A stretch of DNA of 34,893 nt from Nitrososphaerota archaeon (GTDB lineage: Archaea; Thermoproteota; EX4484-205; JAAOZO01). Position 1 is the stretch's first letter; every line of letters starts with the position of its first letter. Shown piece after piece: positions 8,793 through 18,109 of the stretch. The stretch covers positions 1 to 34,893 of the forward strand of contig JAAOZO010000171.1 in assembly GCA_011605715.1 (NCBI GenBank), given 5' to 3'. Made by a program: the position numbers and the translations under genes. Below the pieces are notes generated by a model. It saw only the letters and a program-made list of their open reading frames with translations. It did not search any database and was not told the origin of the DNA.

Positions 8793-9419
8793 TTACTCCC
8801 TCATTCCGACACATACTACGTTTTGTGAGATAAAAATATCATAAAAGGTGAAATTTTCTTTTATCATCTCTTCTAATTCTTTTAATGTGTAACTGAAATA
8901 GGGCCTTTTCAAGATTTTTTTATCTGATGACCTCCAAGCTATGTAGAATAAGTTTTCTTTTCTTTCAAGAATCTTACTTTCTTTTACAACTCTTATGTTC
9001 CAAAAGGTAAAAATTGTTATTCCCGACTTTTTTAAGACTCTCCTTACTTCTCCTAACGCTGTTTTTACATCGTCTTTCGGTAAGTGGTGAAAAATTGCTA
9101 TTGCTACTAGAAGATCAAATATTTCATTTTTAAAGGGCAAAAAAGTAGCATCAGCTACCACTGAATCTGCTTTCCACTGCATTGTTTTTATTTCATATTT
9201 GGCTTCTCTGGTCATGCCAAAAGAAATATCCAAAGCAACATAAAATTTTACGTTTTCTACTAGGGTTGCAGAGTTAGTTCCTGGGCCGCATCCTTCATCA
9301 AGGGCTAATCCATATCTTTTCCATTTTGAAATTCGCTTAACATGATCGTTCTCCTTTCTCACCCTTTTGTATTCTTTTGAAATCTTGTTAAATACTTCAA
9401 TAACTTCTCTCTTTATCAT
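8793..9419 (-). CDS. Class I SAM-dependent methyltransferase (Trm9-like)
   Basis: LDEGCGPG, ALDIS, ADA..LPF....FD, IAIFHHL, RVLK..G and C-terminal W.......R.Y..Y...EL motifs. Confidence 0.8.
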   Translation of the reverse strand: MIKREVIEVFNKISKEYKRVRKENDHVKRISKWKRYGLALDEGCGPGTNSATLVENVKFYVALDISFGMTREAKYEIKTMQWKADSVVADATFLPFKNEIFDLLVAIAIFHHLPKDDVKTALGEVRRVLKKSGITIFTFWNIRVVKESKILERKENLFYIAWRSSDKKILKRPYFSYTLKELEEMIKENFTFYDIFISQNVVCVGMRE

Positions 9420-9488
9420 AAGAATGACTCACATTTTCAGAGAAGAAGATTTAATAAGAACCCCCTATTTAATCTTAACACGTAAGTT

Positions 9489-10529
9489 ATGGCTCCCAAA
9501 AAGTCCGAATTACCTCAAGATTCTGAAGACGAAGAAAAAGAAAATGAGACCGAGCAAGAGACGGAACATTCAGAGTCTTACTCTGAGATTGAAGACATTC
9601 CAGGAATTGGACCCGCGACTCTCGCTAAATTAAAAGAAATAGGCTATTCTACTCCTGAATCTCTAGCAACAGCGTCTATAATAGAGCTCGTTAAGGCTGG
9701 CATTTCAGAAAAAGTTGCTTCGAAGATAATTTCTGAGGCTAGAGGGAAAGTAGAAACAAGCTTTGTAACAGCTCTAGACCTTCTGGAGAAAAGAAAAAGC
9801 ATACGAAGAATAACAACTGGTAGTAAAGCACTAGACGAGCTTCTTGGAGGCGGAATTGAAACAATGAGCATAACAGAATTCTTTGGAGAATTTGGAACAG
9901 GAAAATCTCAAATTTGTCACCAACTAAGCGTTAACGTTCAGCTTCCATACGAAAAGGGCGGGTTAGCTGGTGGTGCTCTCTATATAGATACTGAGAATAC
10001 TTTCAGGCCTGAAAGGATAATGACGATGGCAGCAAATGTTGGTCTAGATCCACAAGAAGCATTGAAGAACATAATCGTAGCTGAAGCCTATAATTCCGAC
10101 CATCAGATGCTAATTCTAGAACGATCTGATGAAATAATAAAAGAAAAAAATATAAAGCTGGTAATAATTGATTCCCTAACTGCTCATTTTAGAAGTGAGT
10201 ATTTAGGCAGAGATACTCTGGCATTAAGACAACAAAAATTAAACAATCACTTACATAGATTAGAGCGTCTTGCGGTTGCCTTTAACTTAGCCACAGTCGT
10301 AACGAACCAAGTTATGGCAAAGCCTGACGAATTCTTTGGGCTTGGGACATATCCTATAGGTGGTCATGTTCTTGGTCATAGGAGCCAAACAAGGGTTTTC
10401 TTAAGAAAAGCTGCAGGTGGAAAAGGAAACAGAGTTGCTAGATTAGTAGTTGCAGTGGACAGGCCTGAAGGCGAAGCTGTGTTCAAGATAGATGAAAAGG
10501 GAATATCTGATGTTGAACCTTCTGAGTAA
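9489..10529 (+). CDS. radA: DNA repair and recombination protein RadA
   Basis: N-terminal HhH (DIPGIGP), [48 protein letters not shown] and GGHVLGH motifs. Confidence 0.96.
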   Translation: MAPKKSELPQDSEDEEKENETEQETEHSESYSEIEDIPGIGPATLAKLKEIGYSTPESLATASIIELVKAGISEKVASKIISEARGKVETSFVTALDLLEKRKSIRRITTGSKALDELLGGGIETMSITEFFGEFGTGKSQICHQLSVNVQLPYEKGGLAGGALYIDTENTFRPERIMTMAANVGLDPQEALKNIIVAEAYNSDHQMLILERSDEIIKEKNIKLVIIDSLTAHFRSEYLGRDTLALRQQKLNNHLHRLERLAVAFNLATVVTNQVMAKPDEFFGLGTYPIGGHVLGHRSQTRVFLRKAAGGKGNRVARLVVAVDRPEGEAVFKIDEKGISDVEPSE

Positions 10530-10533
10530 TCTT

Positions 10534-11829
10534 TCAAGGTATAAGTCTGTTTTTATCTCTTGGATAGAGTGTAGTTTCTCTTATGTTGTTTTCTCCAGTA
10601 ATAATCATCATTAACCTATTGAATCCAATAGCCCAACCAGCATGCGGTGGCATGCCATAACTAAAGAACTTTAAATGTTCAGAAAAACTACTTAAATTGA
10701 GCCCCATTTTCGTTATTCTATTTTCTAACTTTTCTCTGTTTTCTTCTCGAGTCCCCCCAGAACAAATTTCAAGCTCGCTAAACATTAGGTCAAATGATTC
10801 TGTAGTTCCATCGTCTTTCACTTTTATGTAAAATGGCTTTGTATTTTCTGGCCAATCTGTTACAAAAAAGAATTTATCTTTTAAATCTTTAATTAGTTTT
10901 ATGTGCTCTGAAGAAATATCCTCACCATAATTTATTTTCCCTCCTTCTTTTTTTACCATGTTCACAACTTCTTTGTAGCTATAACTCTCTATTTCTTTGT
11001 CTTTGTATTCTAAGAATTTTTCATTTAGAACTTCCTTGTATTCTCCATCGAGCTTGTCAAGTTCCTTAGAAATCGTTCTAATCAAATTGGCAAGTATTTC
11101 CATAACATCATTATAGTCTGCAAAAGCAACTTCAATATCAAGAGAAACAAACTCATTTAAATGTCTGGTCGTATCAAATGGTTCAGCTCTAAAGAACGTA
11201 CCTATTTCAAAAACTCTTTCCAAGCCCATAGTAAGTTGTTCTTTGTAGAGCTGAGGGCTCTGAGCAAGAAACGCTTTTTTGTCGAAGTAATTTAGCTCAA
11301 ATAAGTTTGCTCCACCTTCCGTAGCAGTTGATATTATTCTTGGAGTAACAACTTCTACAAAACCTTTTTCGTAAAAGAATTCTCTTGTAATCTTTAAAAC
11401 TTCTGAGAAGAGCTTAAATATTTTTGCAGTTCTTGGTCTCATTAAGTCTATTGGTCTGTTATCGAGCCTTACATCTAAACTAGCGTTTATTTTTCCTCTA
11501 ATTTCTAGCGGTAGTGGGTGTTTTGATTTATTTAGTACTTCTATTTCTTTTGCGACAAGCTCAAAGCCTTTTTTTGCAACTTTGCTTTTTCGTATAGTTC
11601 CCTTTACTTTTACTACATCATTTTGGTTTATTTTCTCTACTAATCTTCCAATTTCTTCTGGAGATTCTTCAGTTTTCCAAATAACTTGTACAGAATCAGT
11701 ACAGTCCTTAATCTTTAAAAACTTTATCTTTCCTAGGTCTCTTGTGTCCTCGACCCATCCTGCAATCGTGGTTTCTTTACCTTCTGGTAGATTGGAAAGC
11801 TGATTTATGTAAAAGTCCTTATGCCTCAT
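10534..11829 (-). CDS. aspS: Aspartyl-tRNA synthetase (archaeal type)
   Basis: OB-fold N-terminus, TEGGA, LAQSPQLYKE, FRAE...T.RHLNEF, EICSGG and YGMPPHAG motifs. Confidence 0.93.
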   Translation of the reverse strand: MRHKDFYINQLSNLPEGKETTIAGWVEDTRDLGKIKFLKIKDCTDSVQVIWKTEESPEEIGRLVEKINQNDVVKVKGTIRKSKVAKKGFELVAKEIEVLNKSKHPLPLEIRGKINASLDVRLDNRPIDLMRPRTAKIFKLFSEVLKITREFFYEKGFVEVVTPRIISTATEGGANLFELNYFDKKAFLAQSPQLYKEQLTMGLERVFEIGTFFRAEPFDTTRHLNEFVSLDIEVAFADYNDVMEILANLIRTISKELDKLDGEYKEVLNEKFLEYKDKEIESYSYKEVVNMVKKEGGKINYGEDISSEHIKLIKDLKDKFFFVTDWPENTKPFYIKVKDDGTTESFDLMFSELEICSGGTREENREKLENRITKMGLNLSSFSEHLKFFSYGMPPHAGWAIGFNRLMMIITGENNIRETTLYPRDKNRLIP

Positions 11830-12344
11830 TCTCCCGCCTTAACCTCTTCTAAAGATATTTCAATTTTCTCATTTAATATCTTAGATAAAACTTGACTAAT
11901 TTCTTTTTCATTAAACTTAAGTTTCCCCCTTATCCTAATTTCTTTTGCTTTACTTCCATCAGGAAGCCATAACTCTCTAATGTACAATACCTTAGCTGAG
12001 CTTCCAGCTATTTTTTCCATCAAAGTTCTTAAGTTCTCTTTTCTGTCAGTGACCACAACATCTTTCTTTGTTGCTTCTCTTACACGAGAAAGTAATAGGC
12101 TTAAAGCATCATACTTGGATTCAAGAATGTTTGCTTCATTAAAAATTAGAACGATGAGCTTGCTACTTTCTGCGCTTCCAATGTATTCAAGGTTCTCAAA
12201 CTCTTTCTTCTTACCTAATAACTCTAAAATTAACCTGCTTATCGTCACATCTGTAAAAGAAAACCTAGTATTGAGTTTTTCTTTACATTCTTGACAAAAA
12301 ATTTCCGTACTCAAGCAAATTTCATGAAATGGTGTTTTTACCAT
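11826..12344 (-). CDS. NusA-like KH-domain protein (archaeal NusA paralogue with N-terminal Zn-binding motif)
   Basis: TPFHEIC....FCQEC..KL...DV.IS..L and LWLPDG motifs, resembling the archaeal NusA-like family found upstream of aspS. Confidence 0.65.
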   Translation of the reverse strand: MVKTPFHEICLSTEIFCQECKEKLNTRFSFTDVTISRLILELLGKKKEFENLEYIGSAESSKLIVLIFNEANILESKYDALSLLLSRVREATKKDVVVTDRKENLRTLMEKIAGSSAKVLYIRELWLPDGSKAKEIRIRGKLKFNEKEISQVLSKILNEKIEISLEEVKAGE

Positions 12345-12412
12345 GTTCTATACTCTTCTCCTTTCTCCTTAAACGTTTTTAAAGGGGTAAATAAATCCTA
12401 AGTTGAGAGAAA

Positions 12413-12586
12413 ATGCCTCTGGCCGATCCTAGCTTAATACAACTCGCACAAAAAAGACGTCTCTACTTTAAAATATGTCGAAAATGTGGTGCAAAGAATA
12501 GCATTACTGCAGTCAAATGTAGGAAATGTCACAGCTACAACTTAAGACTTAAGAAGAGAATGTTAAAAGCAAAGAAAAGTAAGTAG
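12413..12586 (+). CDS. rpl40e: 50S ribosomal protein L40e (absent from the ORF track)
   Basis: Manual translation: MPLADPSLIQLAQKRRLYFKICRKCGAKNSITAVKCRKCHSYNLRLKKRMLKAKKSK. Confidence 0.95.
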   Translation: MPLADPSLIQLAQKRRLYFKICRKCGAKNSITAVKCRKCHSYNLRLKKRMLKAKKSK

Positions 12587-12689
12587 AGCCGTTCTGCTCT
12601 GAATTAATAAAGCAGGAGGCTAAAATATCTGGGTTTTATTCAAGAAATAAGCGTAAACTTTAAATAATTTTACTTTTATAGAATTTTCT

Positions 12690-12762
12690 GCCTTAAATCG
12701 GGCTAAGTCCCGAAGGATAGCTACAGGCGAAGTGTAGCTTCCTAGGAAGTAACGCGCTCACT
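12690..12762 (+). ncRNA. Putative structured RNA or long tRNA leader of unknown family
   Basis: GC-rich island with hairpins TCGGG/CCCGA (12698-12713) and AGGA-T-AGCTACA/TGTAGCT-TCCT (12714-12743). TATA box TTTAAATA at 12659-12666. Confidence 0.45.
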
Positions 12763-12839
12763 GGGCCGGTGGTCTAGTCAGGTATGATGCTGCTCTCACA
12801 CAGCAGAGATCGCCAGTTCAAATCTGGCCCGGCCCACCA
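12763..12839 (+). tRNA. tRNA-Val(CAC), intronless, CCA encoded
   Basis: GGGCCGG/CCGGCCC acceptor stem, CTGCT-CT CAC AC-AGCAG anticodon arm, GCCAG TTCAAAT CTGGC T arm, ACCA end. Confidence 0.96.
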
Positions 12840-13203
12840 CTCTTAATTACTAGTGCTATCTTAGTAGGTATTGCTATCTGGCTCCCTGAAGTTAGACTCT
12901 AGCACTTCTATTTCCTTCGCACTGCATTTTCATAATGTCTTTTCATCTTTTGTTCTTATTCCTGCTTTCATAACTTATGGTTAAAAACTAAACTACTTTG
13001 GAATAGAGTTGCTGAAACTTTACTCTGAGTAGAACTAAAAATCTAAAAAATTAGTTGAGTAAAAAAGAGAATAGCTTAAAAACTTAGTAAAGCAATTTTT
13101 AGAATTTAAAGCTCTCTCAACACTTAAAAACTTGTCACACGATTCCCAAACTTCCGTAACGTTTAAAGTACCTTTATCTTTAAGATGTGAACAATGAAAC
13201 ACA

Positions 13204-14751
13204 ATGAGCTTTGAAATAATAAACGTAGACCTCAATGGACGAATAGGTAAACTCTATACTAAGAGTGGGATTCTAGAAACACCTTACTTTTTTCCTGTCA
13301 TCAATAAAAATAAGTTAGTTATTACCATTAGCGAGCTGAAAGATGAATTTAAAATAAACGGAATAATGACCAATGCTTACTTGATAAAAAAGGAATACGA
13401 AATTAAAGGGTTAGAAATAGAAGATATCCATAAAATTTTAAATTTTGATGGCATAGTTTATACGGATTCTGGAGGCTATCAAATACTCAGATATGGCAAA
13501 ATAAAGGCTGAACCAGAAAACATAATTGAAGTTGAAGAGAAGTTAAATGTAGATATTGGGACTATTTTGGATGTCCCTACGGGTATAAAAAAAGATTATG
13601 AAAAAGCAAAAGAAAGTGTAAAAAAAACCATAGAGAACGCAGAAAGGTCTATTAAAAAGATTACAAGAAGAGACATACTTTGGGTTGGCCCAATACAAGG
13701 AGGAATCTTTGAAGATCTGTTATCTTTTTCATCACATGAAATGGCAAATAAGGGATTTGATGTTCTAGCGTTAGGTTCACCTGTTGAACTTATGGAAAGA
13801 TATAATTTTCAGCAACTAATTAGAATGGGAATAATAGCAAAAGCAAATGTACCTACTGGAATCCCAATTCATTTTTTTGGAGCAGGTCATCCAATGATCC
13901 TTAGCTTCTTAGTAGCACTAGGTTATGACATATTTGATTCTGCTTCCTATGCACTTTACGCTTATGAAGATAGATATATAACTGCGCATGGTACATTTAA
14001 ATTAAATGAACTTGACTATTTTCCATGCGAGTGTGAAGTGTGTAGCAAGCATACTCCAAAAGAATTGAATGAAATGGATAAAAATGAACGCACAAAACTT
14101 TTAGCGAAACACAATCTTTATGCAATCCTTAGAGAAATAAAGGAAATAAAGGAAAGAATAAAAGAGGGGACTCTTTGGGACCTAATTGAAATTCGGTCTA
14201 GGGTACATCCAAAAACTTTTGCAGCATTTAAAGAATTACTTCGGGTCGCTCCGAAAATTTTCAATGAGTCTCCTGTTTTTAAGAGGAAAGGAATCTTCGT
14301 GTTCGATCAAATGTCTGAAGAACGCCCTGAGATAGCTTATTCAAGAAAAAAAGAATTAGAAAAAATTGGTCAAAAATGTAAGCATATAATATTGCTTTTC
14401 ATAAGAGAAGAGAGTAAACTTTCTAACAACATCATAGGAAAAATAGTTGAAAATATAAAACTTGACGAAAATAAAATGTGTGTGTACTATCTAAATAAGT
14501 TTTTTGGATTCGTTCCAATTTGGTTGTACTGGACCTCCCCCTTCAACAAGATAGTTAGTCCAGAAGATACTCTATCTGAAGAAAAAATTGAGGAAATTAT
14601 AAATCATTTAACAGGTAGTATGCTTTCATCTAAAGAAGTTGAAATGACTATAATAAGGGATAAAGATAGTTTTTTGTTAAGCGAAAAGTTTATAGAGAAG
14701 CTTTCTGTTGAAAAGGGTATAAAAATAAGAAATAAGATTGATTTAGAATGA
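13204..14751 (+). CDS. tgtA: tRNA-guanine(15) transglycosylase (archaeosine TGT), no C-terminal PUA domain evident
   Basis: GRIG, ETP.FFPV, TDSGGYQ, GPIQGG, HFFGAGHP, FDSASYA, CECEVC and HNL motifs. Confidence 0.92.
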   Translation: MSFEIINVDLNGRIGKLYTKSGILETPYFFPVINKNKLVITISELKDEFKINGIMTNAYLIKKEYEIKGLEIEDIHKILNFDGIVYTDSGGYQILRYGKIKAEPENIIEVEEKLNVDIGTILDVPTGIKKDYEKAKESVKKTIENAERSIKKITRRDILWVGPIQGGIFEDLLSFSSHEMANKGFDVLALGSPVELMERYNFQQLIRMGIIAKANVPTGIPIHFFGAGHPMILSFLVALGYDIFDSASYALYAYEDRYITAHGTFKLNELDYFPCECEVCSKHTPKELNEMDKNERTKLLAKHNLYAILREIKEIKERIKEGTLWDLIEIRSRVHPKTFAAFKELLRVAPKIFNESPVFKRKGIFVFDQMSEERPEIAYSRKKELEKIGQKCKHIILLFIREESKLSNNIIGKIVENIKLDENKMCVYYLNKFFGFVPIWLYWTSPFNKIVSPEDTLSEEKIEEIINHLTGSMLSSKEVEMTIIRDKDSFLLSEKFIEKLSVEKGIKIRNKIDLE

Positions 14752-16010
14752 AAATAAAATTTTTAGGAGCTGTAGAAGAAGTCGGAAGGTCATCAATTCT
14801 AGTTAAAACTGAAAAAGAAGGCTTTTTGCTTGATAGTGGCGTAGCTCTTGATCATTCAGTAAAGTTTCCAGCTTATGTGTCTCCAGATGAATTTAGTACC
14901 TTAATAATCTCTCACTGTCACTTAGATCATGTTGGATCCGCTCCTTTGTTTTTCATAGGAGGTGCAAAAAAGGCATTTTTGACTAAGATGACAAAGGAGC
15001 TTTCTAGAATCCTATTGTTGGACATGCTAAAGATTGCAAAAACTTATTTACCTTTTGAAACCCTTGAAATTAATAGATTTCTTCAGTATTCAACTGAAGT
15101 TGAAAAGGATAAGCAGTATGAGATTAGCGAGGATACTCTTTTGGAAATGAAAAATGCGGGTCATGTGCTAGGTGCTTCACAAATCCTTTTGAAGTTTAAA
15201 GATAAAGTGCTGTTATATACTGGAGATATGAACGTAAATAGAACGAGGACCGTCCCACCTGCAAACACCGATTATAACGAGAATATAGATGTCCTTATTA
15301 CAGAAAGTACGTATGCAACAACAGAACACCCTCCTCGAAACCAAGTAGAAAAAGAGCTTATCGAGGAGTCAAGAAAAATAATAGAAGATGGAGGCAAAGT
15401 ACTCATTCCTGCTTTTGGGGTTGGTAGAGCTCAGGAAATTATTACAGTGTTTCATGCTAACAATTTTCCATATAAAGTTGCATTGGATGGTATGGCGAAA
15501 AAGGTTACAGAAATATTCATGAATAACCCTGAAGAACTTTACGACTACAAACAGTTTGCTAGAGCAGTAGAAAAAACTTACATTTTACAGTCAGATCAAG
15601 AGAGAAGATATGTTGCTCAAGAACCTGGAGTAATAGTAACACCTGCAGGTATGTTGAAAGGAGGCCCTGCTGTTAAGTACTCAGAAGAAATTGCCAAAGG
15701 TAAAAAAAATGCAATTTTTTTAGTAAGCTATCAGGTTGAGGGAACGCCTGGAAGTACATTGCTAAAAAAGAAGGTTATAGCAATGGGTGGTAAACTAGTG
15801 AAGGTTAATGCCGAAGTAAAACAATTTGATTTCTCTTCTCATAGTGGAAGGAGCGATTACATCAACCTTATCAAAAAAATAAATCCAAAATATGTGTTTT
15901 TCGTTCATGGAAGCAAAGAAAACATAGAGTTTCTTTTTAATGAAGTACAAAATAATATGAAAGATACTAAAGCTATAATGCCAAAGATTAACGAGGTTTA
16001 TGAGGTTTAA
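14748..16010 (+). CDS. Beta-CASP metallo-beta-lactamase ribonuclease (aCPSF2-like)
   Basis: GAVEEVGRS, SHCHLDHVG, AGHVLG, YTGD, ESTY, PAFGVGRAQE, FSSH and VHG motifs. No N-terminal KH domains. Confidence 0.9.
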   Translation: MKIKFLGAVEEVGRSSILVKTEKEGFLLDSGVALDHSVKFPAYVSPDEFSTLIISHCHLDHVGSAPLFFIGGAKKAFLTKMTKELSRILLLDMLKIAKTYLPFETLEINRFLQYSTEVEKDKQYEISEDTLLEMKNAGHVLGASQILLKFKDKVLLYTGDMNVNRTRTVPPANTDYNENIDVLITESTYATTEHPPRNQVEKELIEESRKIIEDGGKVLIPAFGVGRAQEIITVFHANNFPYKVALDGMAKKVTEIFMNNPEELYDYKQFARAVEKTYILQSDQERRYVAQEPGVIVTPAGMLKGGPAVKYSEEIAKGKKNAIFLVSYQVEGTPGSTLLKKKVIAMGGKLVKVNAEVKQFDFSSHSGRSDYINLIKKINPKYVFFVHGSKENIEFLFNEVQNNMKDTKAIMPKINEVYEV

Positions 16011-16012
16011 TT

Positions 16013-16213
16013 TTATAGTCTTTCTATGGGAAGCTTAATCTGGCTAAGAATCTCGTCCACTTCTTTTTCCGAATTTAACTTAATAACATATAAGTACTTT
16101 GGAGTCCTTAACTTAATCTTAAAAGCATCATCTGTTTTTTTTACCACAACCTTCTTCCCTCTGCTGCTTGCTATTTTTATGAATTCTTCTTTGTTCTTTA
16201 CTTCCTTTGGCAT
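16013..16213 (-). CDS. rpl38e: Ribosomal protein L38e
   Basis: MPKEVKN.EEF......KKVVVKK....KIKLRTPKYLY matches eL38 (KFKVRCSRYLYT). GGTGA ribosome-binding site upstream. Confidence 0.85.
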   Translation of the reverse strand: MPKEVKNKEEFIKIASSRGKKVVVKKTDDAFKIKLRTPKYLYVIKLNSEKEVDEILSQIKLPIERL

Positions 16214-16553
16214 ACTTTAATCACCGTTTGCTTCGCTCCAATGTATTCAGTGGCATTTAATAAACATTAAAATTAACAGAAACTAAGGTCTACGTTCGGC
16301 ATCATCGAACAGTGGGATCTGAACCAAAAAGCGGATTCTAAGCTGTGCAATCTTTTGGCCTACTTAGCAGGAGGCCCACGAAAAGTTTTTACGAACTCAC
16401 AAAGAACTCATAGGCTTATAATCTCAAAAGGTTACAGTACTTAAAAGATCGTAGTTCAGAGCTTCTCTTTTTCTACGTTTTTGAAGGAGAAGTTTCAATC
16501 AAAAATACTAAGAAACCTTTAATTAAATCCTCTAAAAGCTTATTGCACCAGAA

Positions 16554-17195
16554 ATGAAAAGTAAAGTAATAAAAATACAGGGAATCACTGGTGAAATGCC
16601 ACTTATAGCAATTTCCGGCTTACCCGGATTGGGAGCTGTTGGCATAAACGCAGCTTCGCTATTTGTTTCCGAAGGAAGTTCCGTTTTAATTAGTCAAATT
16701 CTGATTAAATCCTCCTCAAGTAATCTCATTGTTTCTGAAAATGGAGTCGTTTCTCCCTCAGCTTTTAATGTTTACTATGTTACTTCAAAGGACTTTCTAA
16801 AACCAATTTTGGTTCTTCTTGGTTCTTTTCAATCACAAAATGCAGTTGAGCAATACAAGTTAGCAGAAACCTTTCTTAACTTAGCAAAAAAGTTAAGGAT
16901 AAGGTACGTTTTTTCTTTGGGTGGATTTCAAACATTACGAAAACTTAAAACAAGAAATGTTTTCATAGTGCCTAATGACTTGATGACTCTTCGTCTTTCT
17001 GTTGTTCAAGGACTTAAACTTGCCAGTGGCCAAATTACTGGAGCTGCTGGGTTAATAGCAGGTCTTTCAAAGTACTATGGCTTTAAAGGTGGCGTTCTTT
17101 TGGCAGAGACAAATGGACAAGTACCTGACAACATTGCATCTCAATTGCTTCATGATAAATTGTTAAGCTTAATAAACAAAGTAAGTGCAAGTTAA
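16554..17195 (+). CDS. PAC2 family (proteasome assembly chaperone-like) protein
   Basis: GLPGLGAVG, QY.LA, FSLGG, ITGAAGLI.G, LLAET.G..PD motifs. Confidence 0.8.
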   Translation: MKSKVIKIQGITGEMPLIAISGLPGLGAVGINAASLFVSEGSSVLISQILIKSSSSNLIVSENGVVSPSAFNVYYVTSKDFLKPILVLLGSFQSQNAVEQYKLAETFLNLAKKLRIRYVFSLGGFQTLRKLKTRNVFIVPNDLMTLRLSVVQGLKLASGQITGAAGLIAGLSKYYGFKGGVLLAETNGQVPDNIASQLLHDKLLSLINKVSAS

Positions 17196-17233
17196 AAATT
17201 GTCTTACTTAAAAAATATTCAAAAATATAAAAA

Positions 17234-17668
17234 TTAAATAGTTTCTTCTTTTGTTGATTGTACCTCTTTTATGTATTCTTCGTATATTTTCTGGACTCTT
17301 TCAGCAGCCAGACCTTTACCCTCGATGACTCCTCTTTCATCAACTCTTATTTTATCGAGTACTATTATAACTCCCGCTTCCTCGTTATACTTGACCATGT
17401 TCGGAAAAACTCTTTCCAGTCGGTCTGCAAGTGCCTTTAAATTAATGACTGCCTTTGGAAGGTATAATGCCTTTATCAAATTTCCGTTCAAGACCATTCT
17501 ATAGTACTTTTGTCCTCCTTCTACTTCAACATCGCCAAGGATGAGTGTTAGGTTACTTGAGTCAAAATTTAGTAGAATTCCTCTATACCTTTTTCCGTCC
17601 GAAGTTTCAACGAGTACGTTCTTTCCAATAAAATTTCGTAACTCTGCTTCTATTTTAGCTCTTATCAT
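17234..17668 (-). CDS. Sm-like archaeal protein with C-terminal domain (SmAP3-type Lsm)
   Basis: Sm fold (VLVETSDGKRYRG.L..FD...L.L.D) plus the LERVFP..VKY....G.I.V...I.V...GV..G.G..AERV extension. Confidence 0.85.
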   Translation of the reverse strand: MIRAKIEAELRNFIGKNVLVETSDGKRYRGILLNFDSSNLTLILGDVEVEGGQKYYRMVLNGNLIKALYLPKAVINLKALADRLERVFPNMVKYNEEAGVIIVLDKIRVDERGVIEGKGLAAERVQKIYEEYIKEVQSTKEETI

Positions 17669-18109
17669 CTTTCAACCTTAACTGCTGCATAAAGCCTTTT
17701 TATTGCTTTTCTTTAGTTAAAGAGCAGAACTCTTCTTCTTTTCTGTGTTTTTTTTCAAAAATCTACGTTTCATAGACAATTGGCTTAACAATGAAAAAGA
17801 TAATTGCAGCTTTTTTAATCCAAATATCTAGGTTCATCTTTATTATTTACGATTTATAAAGAGAAAATAATAAACTAATTTTAAAAATAAAGTATGAACT
17901 AGAGTAACGTTTTCTTGCTTTGCTATATTTCAACTCTCCAAAGTGTTACTTTACAAGAAAAGCAAGAATTTTTTGGTTGATGGCCACAAAGTGAGATCTT
18001 AGAGTTATAGCCCCGTTTTTAATCAAAGTTCCATTTTTCATTTTCACCTTTTGCACTAAGGTTAAAAAAGTCGCTTGCCTTATTTACTCTTCCTTTCTTT
18101 CCCCTTTTT

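Noticed and set aside
9489..9590. Acidic N-terminal extension of RadA
   Set aside because: Low-complexity charged N-termini are common in archaeal RadA. No intein was seen.
12690..12762. Leader as a split or permuted tRNA fragment
   Set aside because: No T-loop or D-loop consensus and no clean BHB. The downstream tRNA-Val is complete on its own.
16287..16320. Minus-strand GATGATGCCGAACGTAG resembling the 3' part of a TPP riboswitch or a C box
   Set aside because: No UGAGA motif or P1-P3 helices, no suitably placed D box, and no thiamine gene nearby.
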